From a virus (taxonomy: Duplodnaviria; Caudoviricetes), in IMG/VR virus record IMGVR_UViG_3300021197_001233, positions 218-64,217 of that record: 64,000 nucleotides of DNA, one strand, 5' to 3'. This document shows positions 35,863-47,800 of this stretch, piece after piece. How positions within the stretch are numbered: the first letter of the stretch is position 1; the number at the start of each line of letters is the position of its first letter. The position numbers and the translations under genes were made by a program. The notes below the pieces were generated by a model. It ran no database searches. It saw nothing but the letters and a program-made list of their open reading frames with translations, and was not told the DNA's origin.

Positions 35863-37836
35863 ATGAAGACTTTTGCATTTAAAAACTCTCAGAAGTACTG
35901 GTCTACCAGGTACTCGTTCTCCCCTAGGAACTACTCTAGGCTAGACAGGGATATGTTTACGTCTCACCCTCAGGGATCTGATGCAATGTACATCCACGGC
36001 CCGAAGGCCACGGCGGAAAAAAACACATACTACGGAAACAAGACGTCATCGAGTGTTAAGTTTACATTTAACAACGACCCAAGCCAAAACAAGATTTACA
36101 AGAACCTATCTCTTGAGGGGTCGTTTAACGATAAAAACTTTCTAGGCACATTTAAGTCGAACGACTCTACAGATCCAGGTCAGTCTAGGGTTTCTAGTGT
36201 AAGGGGATGGAAGGAGAAAGGGGCTCATCTTCATGCCAATATAGCTAGGTCGCCAAATAGCGGGAGAGCTAACATCGTGCCTGTGGGTGTGGTAAGAAGA
36301 GTTCATCAGGCCTTCTTCCCTGAGTCTACATCTGCGCTTGGGGCTATGTGGTCGGACACTGGAAGGACTCAGTCCGAGTGGCTTAATAACGACTCTATAT
36401 CCAGGGTTTTGGCTGCAGATGGTGATGGGCCGAATGGATTGGCCGCCATTTTGCCCTACGGGTTGGATAAGGCTTACATGGCCAACAGCTCGTTGCTGTT
36501 ATCAGACCCAGACGCGCTCGACCCAGAAAGCTCTAAATACCTGTTTATGGAGATAGACTTTTTCCCTGGGTACAAGGACTCATCTGGAAGTGCTAAATAC
36601 ATATTCGCCGCGTCTGACGATTTTGATCCGTCTACGATCTATGGCACCCCATACGACTCTGTAGAGGCGCTATTTCAGAGCGACATCGGGCTATGTGCTT
36701 TTGCAAAAAATAAGGCTACTGGTAACTTTAAAAAGAGGAGCTACACTCCGAGCAATGATGGGGGCGAAGGGTTTACTTTTGACCCAAGTTTTCCATACTC
36801 CATTGATTTTCAGCCCACCAAAGAGGGCCTTTTTGTTTGCTACAACGGACCTATTAGTGGTGATGAAGAGCCTGGAGGTGGCGGAGACGATCCAAATACT
36901 GAGACAGAGTTCACCTGCGCCGACATCTCTATCTCAATAGCTGACGGCACGGTTGGTCAGACTGTCACTGCCACAGCAACAGGTGCAAATATTGTGTCTA
37001 TCGTCCCCCCAGAGTATGCCGAAGGCACCGCCTCCTACACTATAAACTTTAACGTTCCAGGCGGATACACAAATACAGGTGATCCGCTCTCATGCACCGC
37101 CAACGGTGTTGGAAATGAGCAGGTGGATGATCCCGACGACTCAGGAGACAATGGCGGCACAGATGGTGGTGGCGGCACAGATGGTGGCGGGGATACGGGT
37201 GCACTCCCAACATTTACTTGCACCGATGCATTCTTCCGTGTTACACCGAATGGAATTGCAGGCACCACGGCAGAGTACAACATTGATGAGGGCACTGTAA
37301 TTGGCTCGATATCCCCCGACATCTATCAAGTGGGAACTGCAGATTATACCGCTAATATCCAGGTTCCTGATGGTTATAGCAACTCAGGTGAACAAATAGT
37401 ATGCACGGGTAGTGCGACTGCTTTTGTCGAAAACGCTGAACCCACTGCCGACCTCAACGGCGACGGCGCGGTTGCAACAAATGACCTGCTTATCTTTTTG
37501 CAAAGTTTTGGCAGCAATGAAAGCGGTCCTGCAGACCTCAACCAAGACGGGGCGGTTGCGACGGGCGACCTCCTGATATTTTTAACAGCATTTGGGTCGA
37601 TTCTCAGAAGCGATATAAGAGGTGGTGCTGGTGTCCCTGCCTTTGTGTCTGCAACAAACGCTGTTATATCCTCTGCAGACCCTATAATCGTTTATGCTGT
37701 AACCCCAGAGAATGTAAACGGGGAGGCGGCTAGAGGCAACTACGCCGATGTAACCCTTACATTCCCAGGGTCGAATTTTGAACTAGACATCGTAAACCTT
37801 GATTATGAACCGACTCAGCTCGATCATAGCAGATAA
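35863..37836 (+). CDS. tail nozzle/muzzle-like protein, C-terminal part, with inserted repeats and dockerin-like motifs
   Basis: WSTRYSF, FNNDPSQNKIYKNLSLEG, RGNYADVTL...FEL; two FTC...VP.GY.N.G...CT repeats; two ADLNxDGAVATxDLLIFL repeats. Confidence 0.7.
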   Translation: MKTFAFKNSQKYWSTRYSFSPRNYSRLDRDMFTSHPQGSDAMYIHGPKATAEKNTYYGNKTSSSVKFTFNNDPSQNKIYKNLSLEGSFNDKNFLGTFKSNDSTDPGQSRVSSVRGWKEKGAHLHANIARSPNSGRANIVPVGVVRRVHQAFFPESTSALGAMWSDTGRTQSEWLNNDSISRVLAADGDGPNGLAAILPYGLDKAYMANSSLLLSDPDALDPESSKYLFMEIDFFPGYKDSSGSAKYIFAASDDFDPSTIYGTPYDSVEALFQSDIGLCAFAKNKATGNFKKRSYTPSNDGGEGFTFDPSFPYSIDFQPTKEGLFVCYNGPISGDEEPGGGGDDPNTETEFTCADISISIADGTVGQTVTATATGANIVSIVPPEYAEGTASYTINFNVPGGYTNTGDPLSCTANGVGNEQVDDPDDSGDNGGTDGGGGTDGGGDTGALPTFTCTDAFFRVTPNGIAGTTAEYNIDEGTVIGSISPDIYQVGTADYTANIQVPDGYSNSGEQIVCTGSATAFVENAEPTADLNGDGAVATNDLLIFLQSFGSNESGPADLNQDGAVATGDLLIFLTAFGSILRSDIRGGAGVPAFVSATNAVISSADPIIVYAVTPENVNGEAARGNYADVTLTFPGSNFELDIVNLDYEPTQLDHSR

Positions 37837-37854
37837 TTCACTAATTTTGCAATC

Positions 37855-38775
37855 ATGAGGATAATAGGCAGCAATCCGCGCCCACAGCCAAGGGCAAAGG
37901 CATTCAACGAAGGAACAGGATTTATGAATGCACTCAATACTGCGTTTCAGCCAGGCGCAGGCAAGACTGGAGCGGCGGGATATGCCAGCAGTGCTCTTGG
38001 ATTTTTAGGAGAGAACAAGCTTAGGCAGATGCCAAAGCTCCAGCTCCAGGCGCTCGATACTGATGTAGACAGCAAGCAAAAAATACTTGAAAGGGCCGCT
38101 GTTATGCCAGAGATTAGCAGAATGGGCCTTAACGAGACACAACGAAAGATTGAAAAGTCTGATGAGGAGGATGCGTCTACGCTCGCCACACTCATAGAGT
38201 CTGGCATGTCTCCTGCGGAGGCAAACAATGTCCTGTCTGAGAATAGGGACAACAGAACAAGCGCTTTGATTAGTCAGCTGGGCCAGATGGATGCTTTGCA
38301 GAATCAGAGAGACATGATGCAGAAGCAGGCGACCGATGCTGCGTTTGGTGAACTTGAGGCCTCTGAGGTCGCAAGGGATCAGTTCGACATTCTTGGTCAA
38401 GAAAAGGCCAACACAGATGCAATGTTTGCGTTTGGCACGCAGTTTTCAAACCTTGAGGGGTTGATTAACCCGCAGGCTGCTGCTGACAAAAAAGAAACTA
38501 CTCGTGGAGCAAAGCTTGCAGAGAGAGGATACAAGCACGGGGGAATCACTCCAGGGCCGCACGATCACGATGTGCTGAATCTTATCATCTCACATGAGGA
38601 CGGTTCGCCTGCCCTTGATGGGGACGGGGATGAGATGCATGTGACTGGTAGCGAGGCAATTATCCCAGACTACATCTTCGAGGAGCTCATGGCTGCTGCA
38701 AAGGCAGGAGATAAGAACGCTCTGTTTGAGATCTTCATGGATGAGATCGCCACAGAAGAAAGATTCCAAGTATAA
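37855..38775 (+). CDS. internal virion/ejection protein
   Basis: Helical; GGITPGPHDH...HVTGSEAIIP; first gene of the ejection-type operon. Confidence 0.6.
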   Translation: MRIIGSNPRPQPRAKAFNEGTGFMNALNTAFQPGAGKTGAAGYASSALGFLGENKLRQMPKLQLQALDTDVDSKQKILERAAVMPEISRMGLNETQRKIEKSDEEDASTLATLIESGMSPAEANNVLSENRDNRTSALISQLGQMDALQNQRDMMQKQATDAAFGELEASEVARDQFDILGQEKANTDAMFAFGTQFSNLEGLINPQAAADKKETTRGAKLAERGYKHGGITPGPHDHDVLNLIISHEDGSPALDGDGDEMHVTGSEAIIPDYIFEELMAAAKAGDKNALFEIFMDEIATEERFQV

Positions 38776-41700
38776 TGGCAAACGGATTTGACCCAAGGAG
38801 CCAGTTCTACAAAGCCCAGGCATCACAGGTAGCGCAGAAGAGGCAGGCACTGACATACGCTAGACAGCGTCAGGACGCTGAGGATAGAACCAAGATCCAG
38901 AACGTAAATACGCTCTCTGGATTTAATGCTGCAAAGGTGCCTGAGGGACCGATGCGCGAGATCTACGAAGACCGCATCAGGGACGCACAGTCGTATATGA
39001 ACGGTGCTGGGTCATACGAAGGTCAAGATTACAGCGCTCTTGAGGCTGCAAATAAGATCTCTGGCCTTACCACGATGTTTAACAAGATGTCGGCCCACAA
39101 CATGGGAGATGTAGCAGAGGCACAGGCCACCTACAAGAAGGGGGCATTTGAGATTGCAGAGGATAGAGAGAGGATCAATCCATACGGGGACCCTAGCGGG
39201 GAGGCGGTATATGCCAACAACTCACCTGACGGATACAAGGCTAGAGTGCAAAAGCACAACAATTACTTTCAGTGGACTGGTGAGTACGACGCAAATGGAG
39301 ACCCTCTTGGGTACAATATCGGCGATGACGGGCAGCCTACAGGTGAGCCCACAAGTATATTTAATATGCAGCGGTATGCCAACCCATCAGCCTTTGAGAA
39401 TGACACCGTAACGGAGCCTATCCCAGCCCTTGTAGATGTGGTTCAAGATCCTAAGCTTCAGCAGAGGATGAACACGCTTGCAACAAGGCCCTCAACACTT
39501 GAGGAGATGAAGCAGCAGGGCATAACGGACCCTGTCAAAAGACACGAGTTTGTGGTCAATAAGGTTCTAGGTGACTACATGAGTAGCACAAATACCGACA
39601 TGGAGTTTCGTGAGTCTATCATTAGGGAGCTTCAAAAGAACGGCAATGAGTTCAAGCCAGAAGAGGTCGAGGCATTTATAAACAGCCCATTATCTAATCA
39701 GGAGCTATTGTCAGACATTCAGACTCAAGCTGCGTCCGTGCTTGCTGACCTTACGTACAACGCGCCAACCGTATCTAGCCCATTTGAGGGTAAGTTTGAG
39801 GTTCAGGGTCGTGGCGGATCTGTAGCTGATGCGCCGTATATGGTGGAGGTCGATAGACTTAGAGAGACGGTTGAGGTTGCTGGAGGCGAGAACCTTCCAG
39901 GCACATCAAATAGCTACACAATTAACGGGGTAGGGTTCGACCAAACAAACGGGGATATCCTTATACCGATTACCTATACGGAGGCAGAGGAGATTGACGA
40001 TGAGCTTAGAGGGGTTGGCGTTGAGGCTGGTGAAATAACTAGAAATCAAACACTTAGGATTCCTAAGGGTAATACAGATCTGGCAGATCCATTGGCTCTT
40101 GAGGCATATAGGAACCTCCCTCCATCCGAGCAGCAAAGAATTGCAACAGAAATAAGTTTAGGTTTTTCTGAGTCAGACGAAAACATTAGACGTGAGCTAG
40201 AGGCTCAGCAGGCTCAATCTGCGGATTCACCACAAACTCCATCCCCTACGCCAGAGCCTCGGCAGGAGGAGACTCTTGACATCGAGGAGATTCCGCTTGA
40301 AGAGGATAACCTTGATGAGGGTGTAGATGGCAGACCGCTTACACCTCTTGCAGCTATTCCAGAAGAGGACGCAGAGCTTGTGGCACAGGCTAATGCAGCC
40401 ATGAATGATCCATTGATGCAGTCTGGTGACAACTACGGCCCAGAGGTGGTGGCTGCCACAGAAACATTAAGAGATCCGCAGGCCCCAGACTCAGCAAGAG
40501 AAAGGGCTAGAAATGTTCTCACGAATGCTGCTGCACAGAGAGACCAAAGGGCCGCTGGACCTGAGCGTAGAGAGCGCTCTGCGTTCGAGTCTGATACCGA
40601 GGGGGTCGAACCTCAGGTTCTAGAGCAGTACTACAATAACGTGCAGCCTAGAGAGTACGGTCTTTACCCTCTCCCCGAGGGGGCTAATATCAGGGGCGAT
40701 CAGGTCGTAATGGACGGTCAGGTTGTGGGTAGCTACGAAAGCAGAATGAATCCCAACACTGGTGAATATGTCACGGGCATGAGGCCTATGGCTGTTGAGC
40801 CGCAGAGTGCTGCTGCAAGGCAGGCTGGTGAGGCGGTATCTAATATCGCTTCCAATGTGTCTGACTTCGCTGCAGACGTAAGGGACAATGCTGGAGGCAA
40901 CTTTAGACGCGCCTATGACGAGGCAGTTAGCGCTCTTTCAAATACAGGCAGCGCTCTGATGAATTTCATTCGAGGCGGCGGTCCCACTCAAGAAAATGTT
41001 GATAGACAAAGGTTTGAGGCGGCAAGAGAGAGGCAGAGACTAGAGGAAGAGCAGCCTGCAGTGTCAGTGCCAGACACAGGAACTGTGGCTACACCTGAGC
41101 CAACTAGGGGTCGTGGGGACGTAGTAGACAACATCCCAGTTAGACCAGAGCCAGGATCTCCCAGACAGGCACAGGCTGAGGGTGAGCTCAGGGAGAGGCT
41201 TGAGGCCGAAGAGGACCGTCTCATTGAAGAGCAGGGCGTGACTATGGCTACACCTATTGAAAAGGGTGGCGTTGCTTTTGGATCTAGAGAAGAAAGAAAA
41301 GACGCTAAGAGAGAGGTCAGGACTCAGGCATTCTCTAATGCTGTTGATTTGTTCAAAAAGCTTAACGCGCCATTCCCTGTTGTTGCCGCATCACAATTTG
41401 TTCAGGAGAGCGAGCAGGGCATATCTGACCTCGTTCAAGACACAAATAATGGTTTTGGCATTAAGTACAACGAGCGCGTTGCTAAGAAGTTCAAGGAGCG
41501 CGGTATTGACGCTAGAAAGTCGGATAGGACCTATCGGGACTCAACAGAGGCTAGAACTGGGGCAGCAGACCCGAATGCATACTACTTCTCATTCCCCAGC
41601 GTAGAGGAGGGATTTAAGGCCTATCTAGCATTTATAGAGTTGAACCCAAGATATGGAGAGGCCCTTGATTCTGGATCTGAAATGGATTATCTTCGTAAAC

Positions 41701-41822
41701 TGGTGGAAGCGGGCTACGCCACGGGCAGCGATGGTGAAGGCGGAGGTTATACTGAAGCGATCAACAAAATTGCATCGGGGTATGGCTTTGACATCAGTGG
41801 AGATGTCCCGCCTGGCAGATAA
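38775..41822 (+). CDS. ejection protein with C-terminal GH73 (FlgJ-like) glucosaminidase
   Basis: AASQFVQES...NNGFGIK...F.SVEEG...NPRY...AGYAT. Confidence 0.8.
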   Translation: MANGFDPRSQFYKAQASQVAQKRQALTYARQRQDAEDRTKIQNVNTLSGFNAAKVPEGPMREIYEDRIRDAQSYMNGAGSYEGQDYSALEAANKISGLTTMFNKMSAHNMGDVAEAQATYKKGAFEIAEDRERINPYGDPSGEAVYANNSPDGYKARVQKHNNYFQWTGEYDANGDPLGYNIGDDGQPTGEPTSIFNMQRYANPSAFENDTVTEPIPALVDVVQDPKLQQRMNTLATRPSTLEEMKQQGITDPVKRHEFVVNKVLGDYMSSTNTDMEFRESIIRELQKNGNEFKPEEVEAFINSPLSNQELLSDIQTQAASVLADLTYNAPTVSSPFEGKFEVQGRGGSVADAPYMVEVDRLRETVEVAGGENLPGTSNSYTINGVGFDQTNGDILIPITYTEAEEIDDELRGVGVEAGEITRNQTLRIPKGNTDLADPLALEAYRNLPPSEQQRIATEISLGFSESDENIRRELEAQQAQSADSPQTPSPTPEPRQEETLDIEEIPLEEDNLDEGVDGRPLTPLAAIPEEDAELVAQANAAMNDPLMQSGDNYGPEVVAATETLRDPQAPDSARERARNVLTNAAAQRDQRAAGPERRERSAFESDTEGVEPQVLEQYYNNVQPREYGLYPLPEGANIRGDQVVMDGQVVGSYESRMNPNTGEYVTGMRPMAVEPQSAAARQAGEAVSNIASNVSDFAADVRDNAGGNFRRAYDEAVSALSNTGSALMNFIRGGGPTQENVDRQRFEAARERQRLEEEQPAVSVPDTGTVATPEPTRGRGDVVDNIPVRPEPGSPRQAQAEGELRERLEAEEDRLIEEQGVTMATPIEKGGVAFGSREERKDAKREVRTQAFSNAVDLFKKLNAPFPVVAASQFVQESEQGISDLVQDTNNGFGIKYNERVAKKFKERGIDARKSDRTYRDSTEARTGAADPNAYYFSFPSVEEGFKAYLAFIELNPRYGEALDSGSEMDYLRKLVEAGYATGSDGEGGGYTEAINKIASGYGFDISGDVPPGR

Positions 41823-41833
41823 TAAACTAAGAC

Positions 41834-44800
41834 ATGGTTAACGAATTTGACAACACGGACCCATTGCAGCTGAGCGAAACGCCACAGGCAGCGGTCCCAG
41901 AGCCAGTGCAACCGCAGCAGCCTGTACAGCAGCAACCTCAAAGAGAGCTCACTAACGATGACCGCATTGATTTCTACAGAGGCAAGGGGTACTCTGACGG
42001 CCAGATTGTTGATATACTTGGTGCGTCTGGAAAAGCCACCAGGGAGCAGGCTCAAGGTATTATGCTTGCTCAGTACGAGAACCAAAGAAGAGAGGTGCTT
42101 GCAGAAAATGAAAGGCTCAAGAAGGAACAGGCCGATGCAGAGAAGCACATGATCGAGAGGCAGCAGTCCCTCGATGCACTCTTAAAAAAAAAAGATTCAG
42201 CATCGGACCCTTCCACTTTGCCTGGTGGCGCGGAGGTCAGAGCTGATCTAGGACTTCCAGCTGCGGAACCTAGAGACGTAGACGCAGAGGTTAACGAACT
42301 TGTACAGCAGGAGGGGTTTGAAAGCTTAAAGTACGAGAACTCTAGACCAGAGGATTACGACACTCCAGATCTTCTCAATATGTATCAGGCTAATGGTCAG
42401 CTTGCTGATCTTGCCGTGAACATGTCTGCATCTAATGCAGCTATTGAGGCGTTGAAATCTGGTGATAATCAAGAACTTAGAGAGGCTGTAGAGGCTGCTG
42501 ACAACGAGGCCGTTCAAGAGCTTTTTCAGAACTACATCACTGCTGACCCTAGGTCTAGCGACTACGGGGAGCTTAAGCAGGAGCTCAGTCAGGGACTGTT
42601 TGACCTGTACGATGAATCCAACAGGCAGTCGTCACTGGCTATGCAGCAGCTTCAGTCTATCAACGAGGAGATTGGACTGCCATGGAACTACAGTAATGAT
42701 AGTGAGATAGACAGGGCTCAGGCCATGCTTGAGTCGATGAGAATCAGAGAGGACGGGGAGCGGACAACTCAAAGGTATCAGGACATGCTGTTTAGCCAGC
42801 GTATGGCTAGGGCTAGGTACGACGAGCTTGAGGACATGCTACCAGATTGGCTTGTGGCCAGATCGGTGGCGGCGGGCAACTTCGCCAACAACATGCTCCA
42901 CGTTATGCCAAATCAAATCGCTGGTCTGGCATTCGATCAGATCGGGGACAGAGATAAGGCGAATGAGTACTTCGAAAAGGCGCGAAGAGTCTCTGACTAC
43001 AACCAACAGCTCACAACAGAAAGAAACAAAAGAAGCTACGAGTTCACAGATGATGAGCTGAACACGGGAATTTGGGAGAGCATTGTCGGAGCGTGGAACG
43101 GGGAGGAGGATAAGGGTTGGGGCCTTGTTGCAAGAAAGGCTGCATCCACCTTTGAGGACGTGTTCCCTGACGTTGCTTTTGCCGTCGCCACCATGGGTGA
43201 AGGCACGGCCATGAAGCAAGTCGCCAAAGAGGGCCTTAAAGAGGCCACGGAGGAGAGCGTCAAGAGGCAGCTTAAGAGAAAGGTTTTGCTTGGTAATGGT
43301 ATTAGCGCATCTACTGCTGCGACGTTTGGTATACGCTCTATGGGGGATACATACGACTCGGTATTCGATGACCCTACAAGAACCCTGAATGAGAAGATGT
43401 TCTTGGCCACATCTGTCGGTGTCGCCGAAGCAACAATGCAGTTTATCTTCAGGGGCGCTGAAGCTGGCCTTGCAAAGGGCGGAACGGCCCTGAGAAATTT
43501 TGCTTCTGGCGCCGCAGAGAAGAACTGGAAGCAGGCTATGAGGGATGCACTGAAAGGAGTTACAAAGAGGCAGATTGCATTGGGTGGGGCAAAGCAGAAC
43601 GCTGGTGAGTTTTTTGAAGAGGCGATTATTGAGGCTGTGGATCAGTCAGTTAGAATCGTTCAGGATAAGATGGCTGGGCGCAAGACAAAGGGTATTGATG
43701 GGAATGCCATTATGGACGCTGGTCTCGCTGGTCTTCTTGGTACGGGACCGCTTACAACACTTCAGGCCTCATCAGCTATGATGGCCAACCACAAGGTGAA
43801 AAAGACTCGGTCATACGTTGTTGAGCAGCTTAGAAATCTTGACAGAGATATGATGCTCACGACGGACGCTTCTATTCTTGGCGGAATGAAGGCTAAGCGT
43901 AGAGAGCTTGAGGGGTATCTCAATCAACTTGAGGGTATGTCCGAGGCTGAATATCACAAGCTCACAGACAACGAAAAGAAGCAGATCAACGCAATCCACA
44001 GGGAGCTTGCCACTACACGAGATCAAATCAAAAGAGAGAAGAATCCAGACACCAAAAGAAGACTGGAGGAGAGGTTTGAAGGGCTGTACAAGAGGAAGGT
44101 TGATATCGAAAAGGCGGCGGAGTCTAGAGCTTCTATGGCACCAGCACCTCCTCTTCCAGACGCTGAAGGGAATGATGTTGCTTCAAACGAAAGAGATGTA
44201 GACACGGCTACCGAGCAGGAGCACGCCGCTATGCCAGAGGAGCAGGATCAAGAGGCTTCAGATATCACAGAGGCGATTGATGAAAAAGTTGACGGGCATG
44301 TTGCGTCTCACAGGCGTGCCGTGGAAAGGGCTGCCTCAGATCCCGAGAACTCAACTAGACACGCTAGGACTGCAAAGTCAATGCGCACAAAGGCCAAGAA
44401 GCTTTTGATGGCTGAGGGAATGACCGAGGCGGAGGCTGAATCAGAGGTCGATAGAAGAATCGGTACTGCTCAGGCGGAGACAGAGACCAAGGGCGATAGA
44501 CCAGCAAGGTCTGTTCGAATGGGCCTTGTTGGTGACACCGACGTAAATGCTGACTGGATTGGAGACGGTCCAGGGCAAATACCGCTTCCTGTTGTGGCTC
44601 AGATAGACCGCATGAAGCGAGCGTTTGGTAAGCCTCTCGATTCTATGGGGGTACACCTTCAGACCCACCTTGATGCAGAGTCGTTCTCGGACGCTACGGG
44701 GACGGGTAAGAACACGAGAGGGGTATACGATCCGTCTACGAAAACAATTCACCTCAACCCCAACAGCGGAGTAAAGGATGTGATTGAAGAGTTTGGTCAT

Positions 44801-47800
44801 GCTGCATTCAGATCCATCCTTAAGTCTGACTCTAAGTTCTCTCAGAAGGTTTACGATAACATCTTGTTTGAGGCTGGCATGGGCGGTGGTGCGTTCGGAA
44901 GAAAGGACCCCAAGACTGGCATGATTGTCCTTCCTAAGAACTTTAGAGAGGATGAGAATCTCCAGCAGCTTGCAAAGGAGAATCCATTTGCATTGGCAGT
45001 TCTTAAGACGGAGGATCTTTATCCAGACTACGACAATGCTCGCCGAAGGGAGGAGACAATACTAGAGGCACTCAGGGAGTACGCCACCAACCCCAGTAAG
45101 TTCAACGCTGCGTCGAGACGTGGGCGAGGAAGAACTAGGGTTGATCAGCTCAAGGCTATCGTAAACAGGGCTATGACTAAAGCTGGGTTCAGAGGCAACT
45201 TTATTTCCCCTGACTCTGGCGTAGACTTCTACAGCTTTGCAGAGAGGTTCAAGCTTGCCACTGAAGGCGTGGAGACTGACGTTACTATGGACGAGTCTGA
45301 CTACACAGCTCAGACCAACATCGAGAACTCCACCCCCAGAAAGAGGAAGAACGCCAAGAAGAAGGCCAAAGAAAAGATTTTGGCTAGGACTGGTGAGTCA
45401 CCACAGGACGCCATTAAGAGGCACAGGAGGGAGCAGGAGGCTAAGCGCAGGAGAGAGAGCGCTAAAGCGGTAGATAACTTCGAAAGCACTCTTGGACGCC
45501 CAGAGCCGTTTGAGTCGAGAGACGGTGGCGCCTTTGATTACTTGAGAGACACTGAGGTGTTCTACGAGTCCGTTCCTCCACTGAGCGGCGGTGTGGTTAA
45601 TCAGGTGCCTAGAAAGAAGTCCTTCAAGGTAAAGGACTACTACCACTTCAGGAACTGGTACAACTATATGACCAGGAATCAGACGGATGACAACATTAGA
45701 CGTATGTACTACGTCAAGGATGGCGTCAAGAAAATGATCAATCCGCCTAAGATTGCAATCGACAAAGAGACTGGTAAGCCTAAGTATATCTCGGGGCCAG
45801 AGACTTGGGTTCAGCGTCAGGTTAGGCTGAACACAGAGGCGATCGAAAGAAGGGATCAGGCCAGAAGAAGGGCATTCAAAAACTCCGATGATGTAGAGCC
45901 AGGAGAGTCTCTCGGAGACGGCAGTGTCCAGCTTGAGTCCAGAGAGGGTGGTGCGTTTGATCCTGAAACGTTTACGTTCGGAAGAGATACGTACGACATT
46001 GCTGAGGCTCAGCGCCTGTCATCTAACAATGAGGTTAAGACGATGCCGAATGAAAATCTGAAAAACCTCAGGATGCCATTCGTCCGCTTTAATCCTGAAT
46101 TTGTCGACGCCGCTGATTTGTCGAGACCTATTATACTTGCCCCATACAGAGATCAGGGCCTCCTGATGATCGACGGAAATCACAGGGTCGAGAAGGCAAT
46201 CAAGGAGGGAGTGGATTTGAAGTACGTCCAACTAACTAAGGATCAGACAGATAAGATCCTCAACACTGGCGCCTTAGAGTCCAGAGAAGGCGGAGCCTTT
46301 GACCTCCCAGATGGAGTCAAAGAAGCTACAGCATCTGAATATGCTGACGCCATGGCTAAGGCCTTTGAAGCTGCAGAGAGAGAGGGCGACAAGAAGTTCC
46401 TTCAGGTAAGCAGGGTCAATGAGCAGCAGGCTCAAGAAATCCTTGATGGAGGCGGTCGTTTGTTTATCTCTGATGACGGAATGGCTGGATCGTACGTGCA
46501 GGGAGACGGCTATATGGGCGGGCTGTTTAAGTCCCCAGACTCCAAGCAGAGAGGGGTGGCAAAGGTTATGCAAGATGTGCGTGATAAGTTTGGAGGAAAG
46601 TACTTCGACGCTTATGGCACAGAGCTGGAGTCTATCTACGTAAAGAATGGGTATAAGCCAGTAGCAAGAATAGAGTTTGTGCCTGATTACGCCCCAGAGG
46701 GATGGGATGCCCCAGACTCACCGCTTAAGAATCAGCCAGATTTGGTCTTCTTTGTGAAGGGTGATGGCGAAGTGGGTGGCGGCAAGAGGGTCGATGATTA
46801 TGATGCTGGAATGGCCGAGGCCAAGAAGCTTCTGCCCGAAAGCGAAGGTAGTCTTGAGGCTAGAGCTGGCGGGGCGTTTGACTCACTGAACATGGAGGAG
46901 GCTAAGAGAAAGGGTCTCCCGACAGATAACATCGAGTCAATCAGCGGTGCTCAGATACGATTCTTTGGATTTGACAGAACCGTGCCTACGGTCATTGAGG
47001 ATCTCAACCACCGAATCGCTTCAGGCATACAGTACATCTTCAATAAGCGCGTCCCGTACAAGGAGGGAGATGCTAGGCTCATCACGGCCCATAGAAATAT
47101 GGACATGGCAAAGCAGGAGTACAACGGCCTGAAGAGGCTCGCTATGGCAGACTCCAAGTCATCAAACCCCCTTGGGTACATTGCCATTGGATTTAGCCTC
47201 AACGGTGAAGCGTCTACCACTGGGAACCCAGACGTATACTCCTATCTAATCAAAAAGTTTAGGCAGAAGTTTGACGGGGACGAACTTATCGGCAAGACAA
47301 ACACTGCCGTAAACAGCATCACGAAAAAGTACAAGGCCCCCATGATCAATCGTATTCAGCAGAAGGCGATCGAGGAGGGTAGAAACGATGTGTCAAGCGC
47401 CATCGACATCGAGTTCAGCGATAACGGCCAACCAATCACCGCCTCTGCAAACATCACAACAGCAGAGCAGGCTGCTTTTGTCCTTGATATGCTTGAGGAC
47501 GCATCGGCTCCATTCACATTCCAAGAGCGCAACTTCTCGTCTGGAAGGTTTACCCAGCGCATCACACCCATGAAGGACGTGATGGACAAGGTCATTGACC
47601 CGCTGTTTAAAGACGCGGATCTCGGCACTGCGGTGGCGTTTGTAAAGGTGCCATACAAGATTGAGGATGGCCAGGTCAAGGGCTTTGATATTGTTGAGGT
47701 TCCAGGAGATCCGTTCGCTGGTGCGATTGTGGTTGAGCCTGGATTTGACAATCAGTTTGAGGGCCACCGTCTTGCCGAGAGGCAGTACAGACTTGAGGAT

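Noticed and set aside
37150-37192. Short direct repeat ggcggcacagatggtgg
   Set aside because: Encodes a GGTDGG flexible linker; ordinary slippage.
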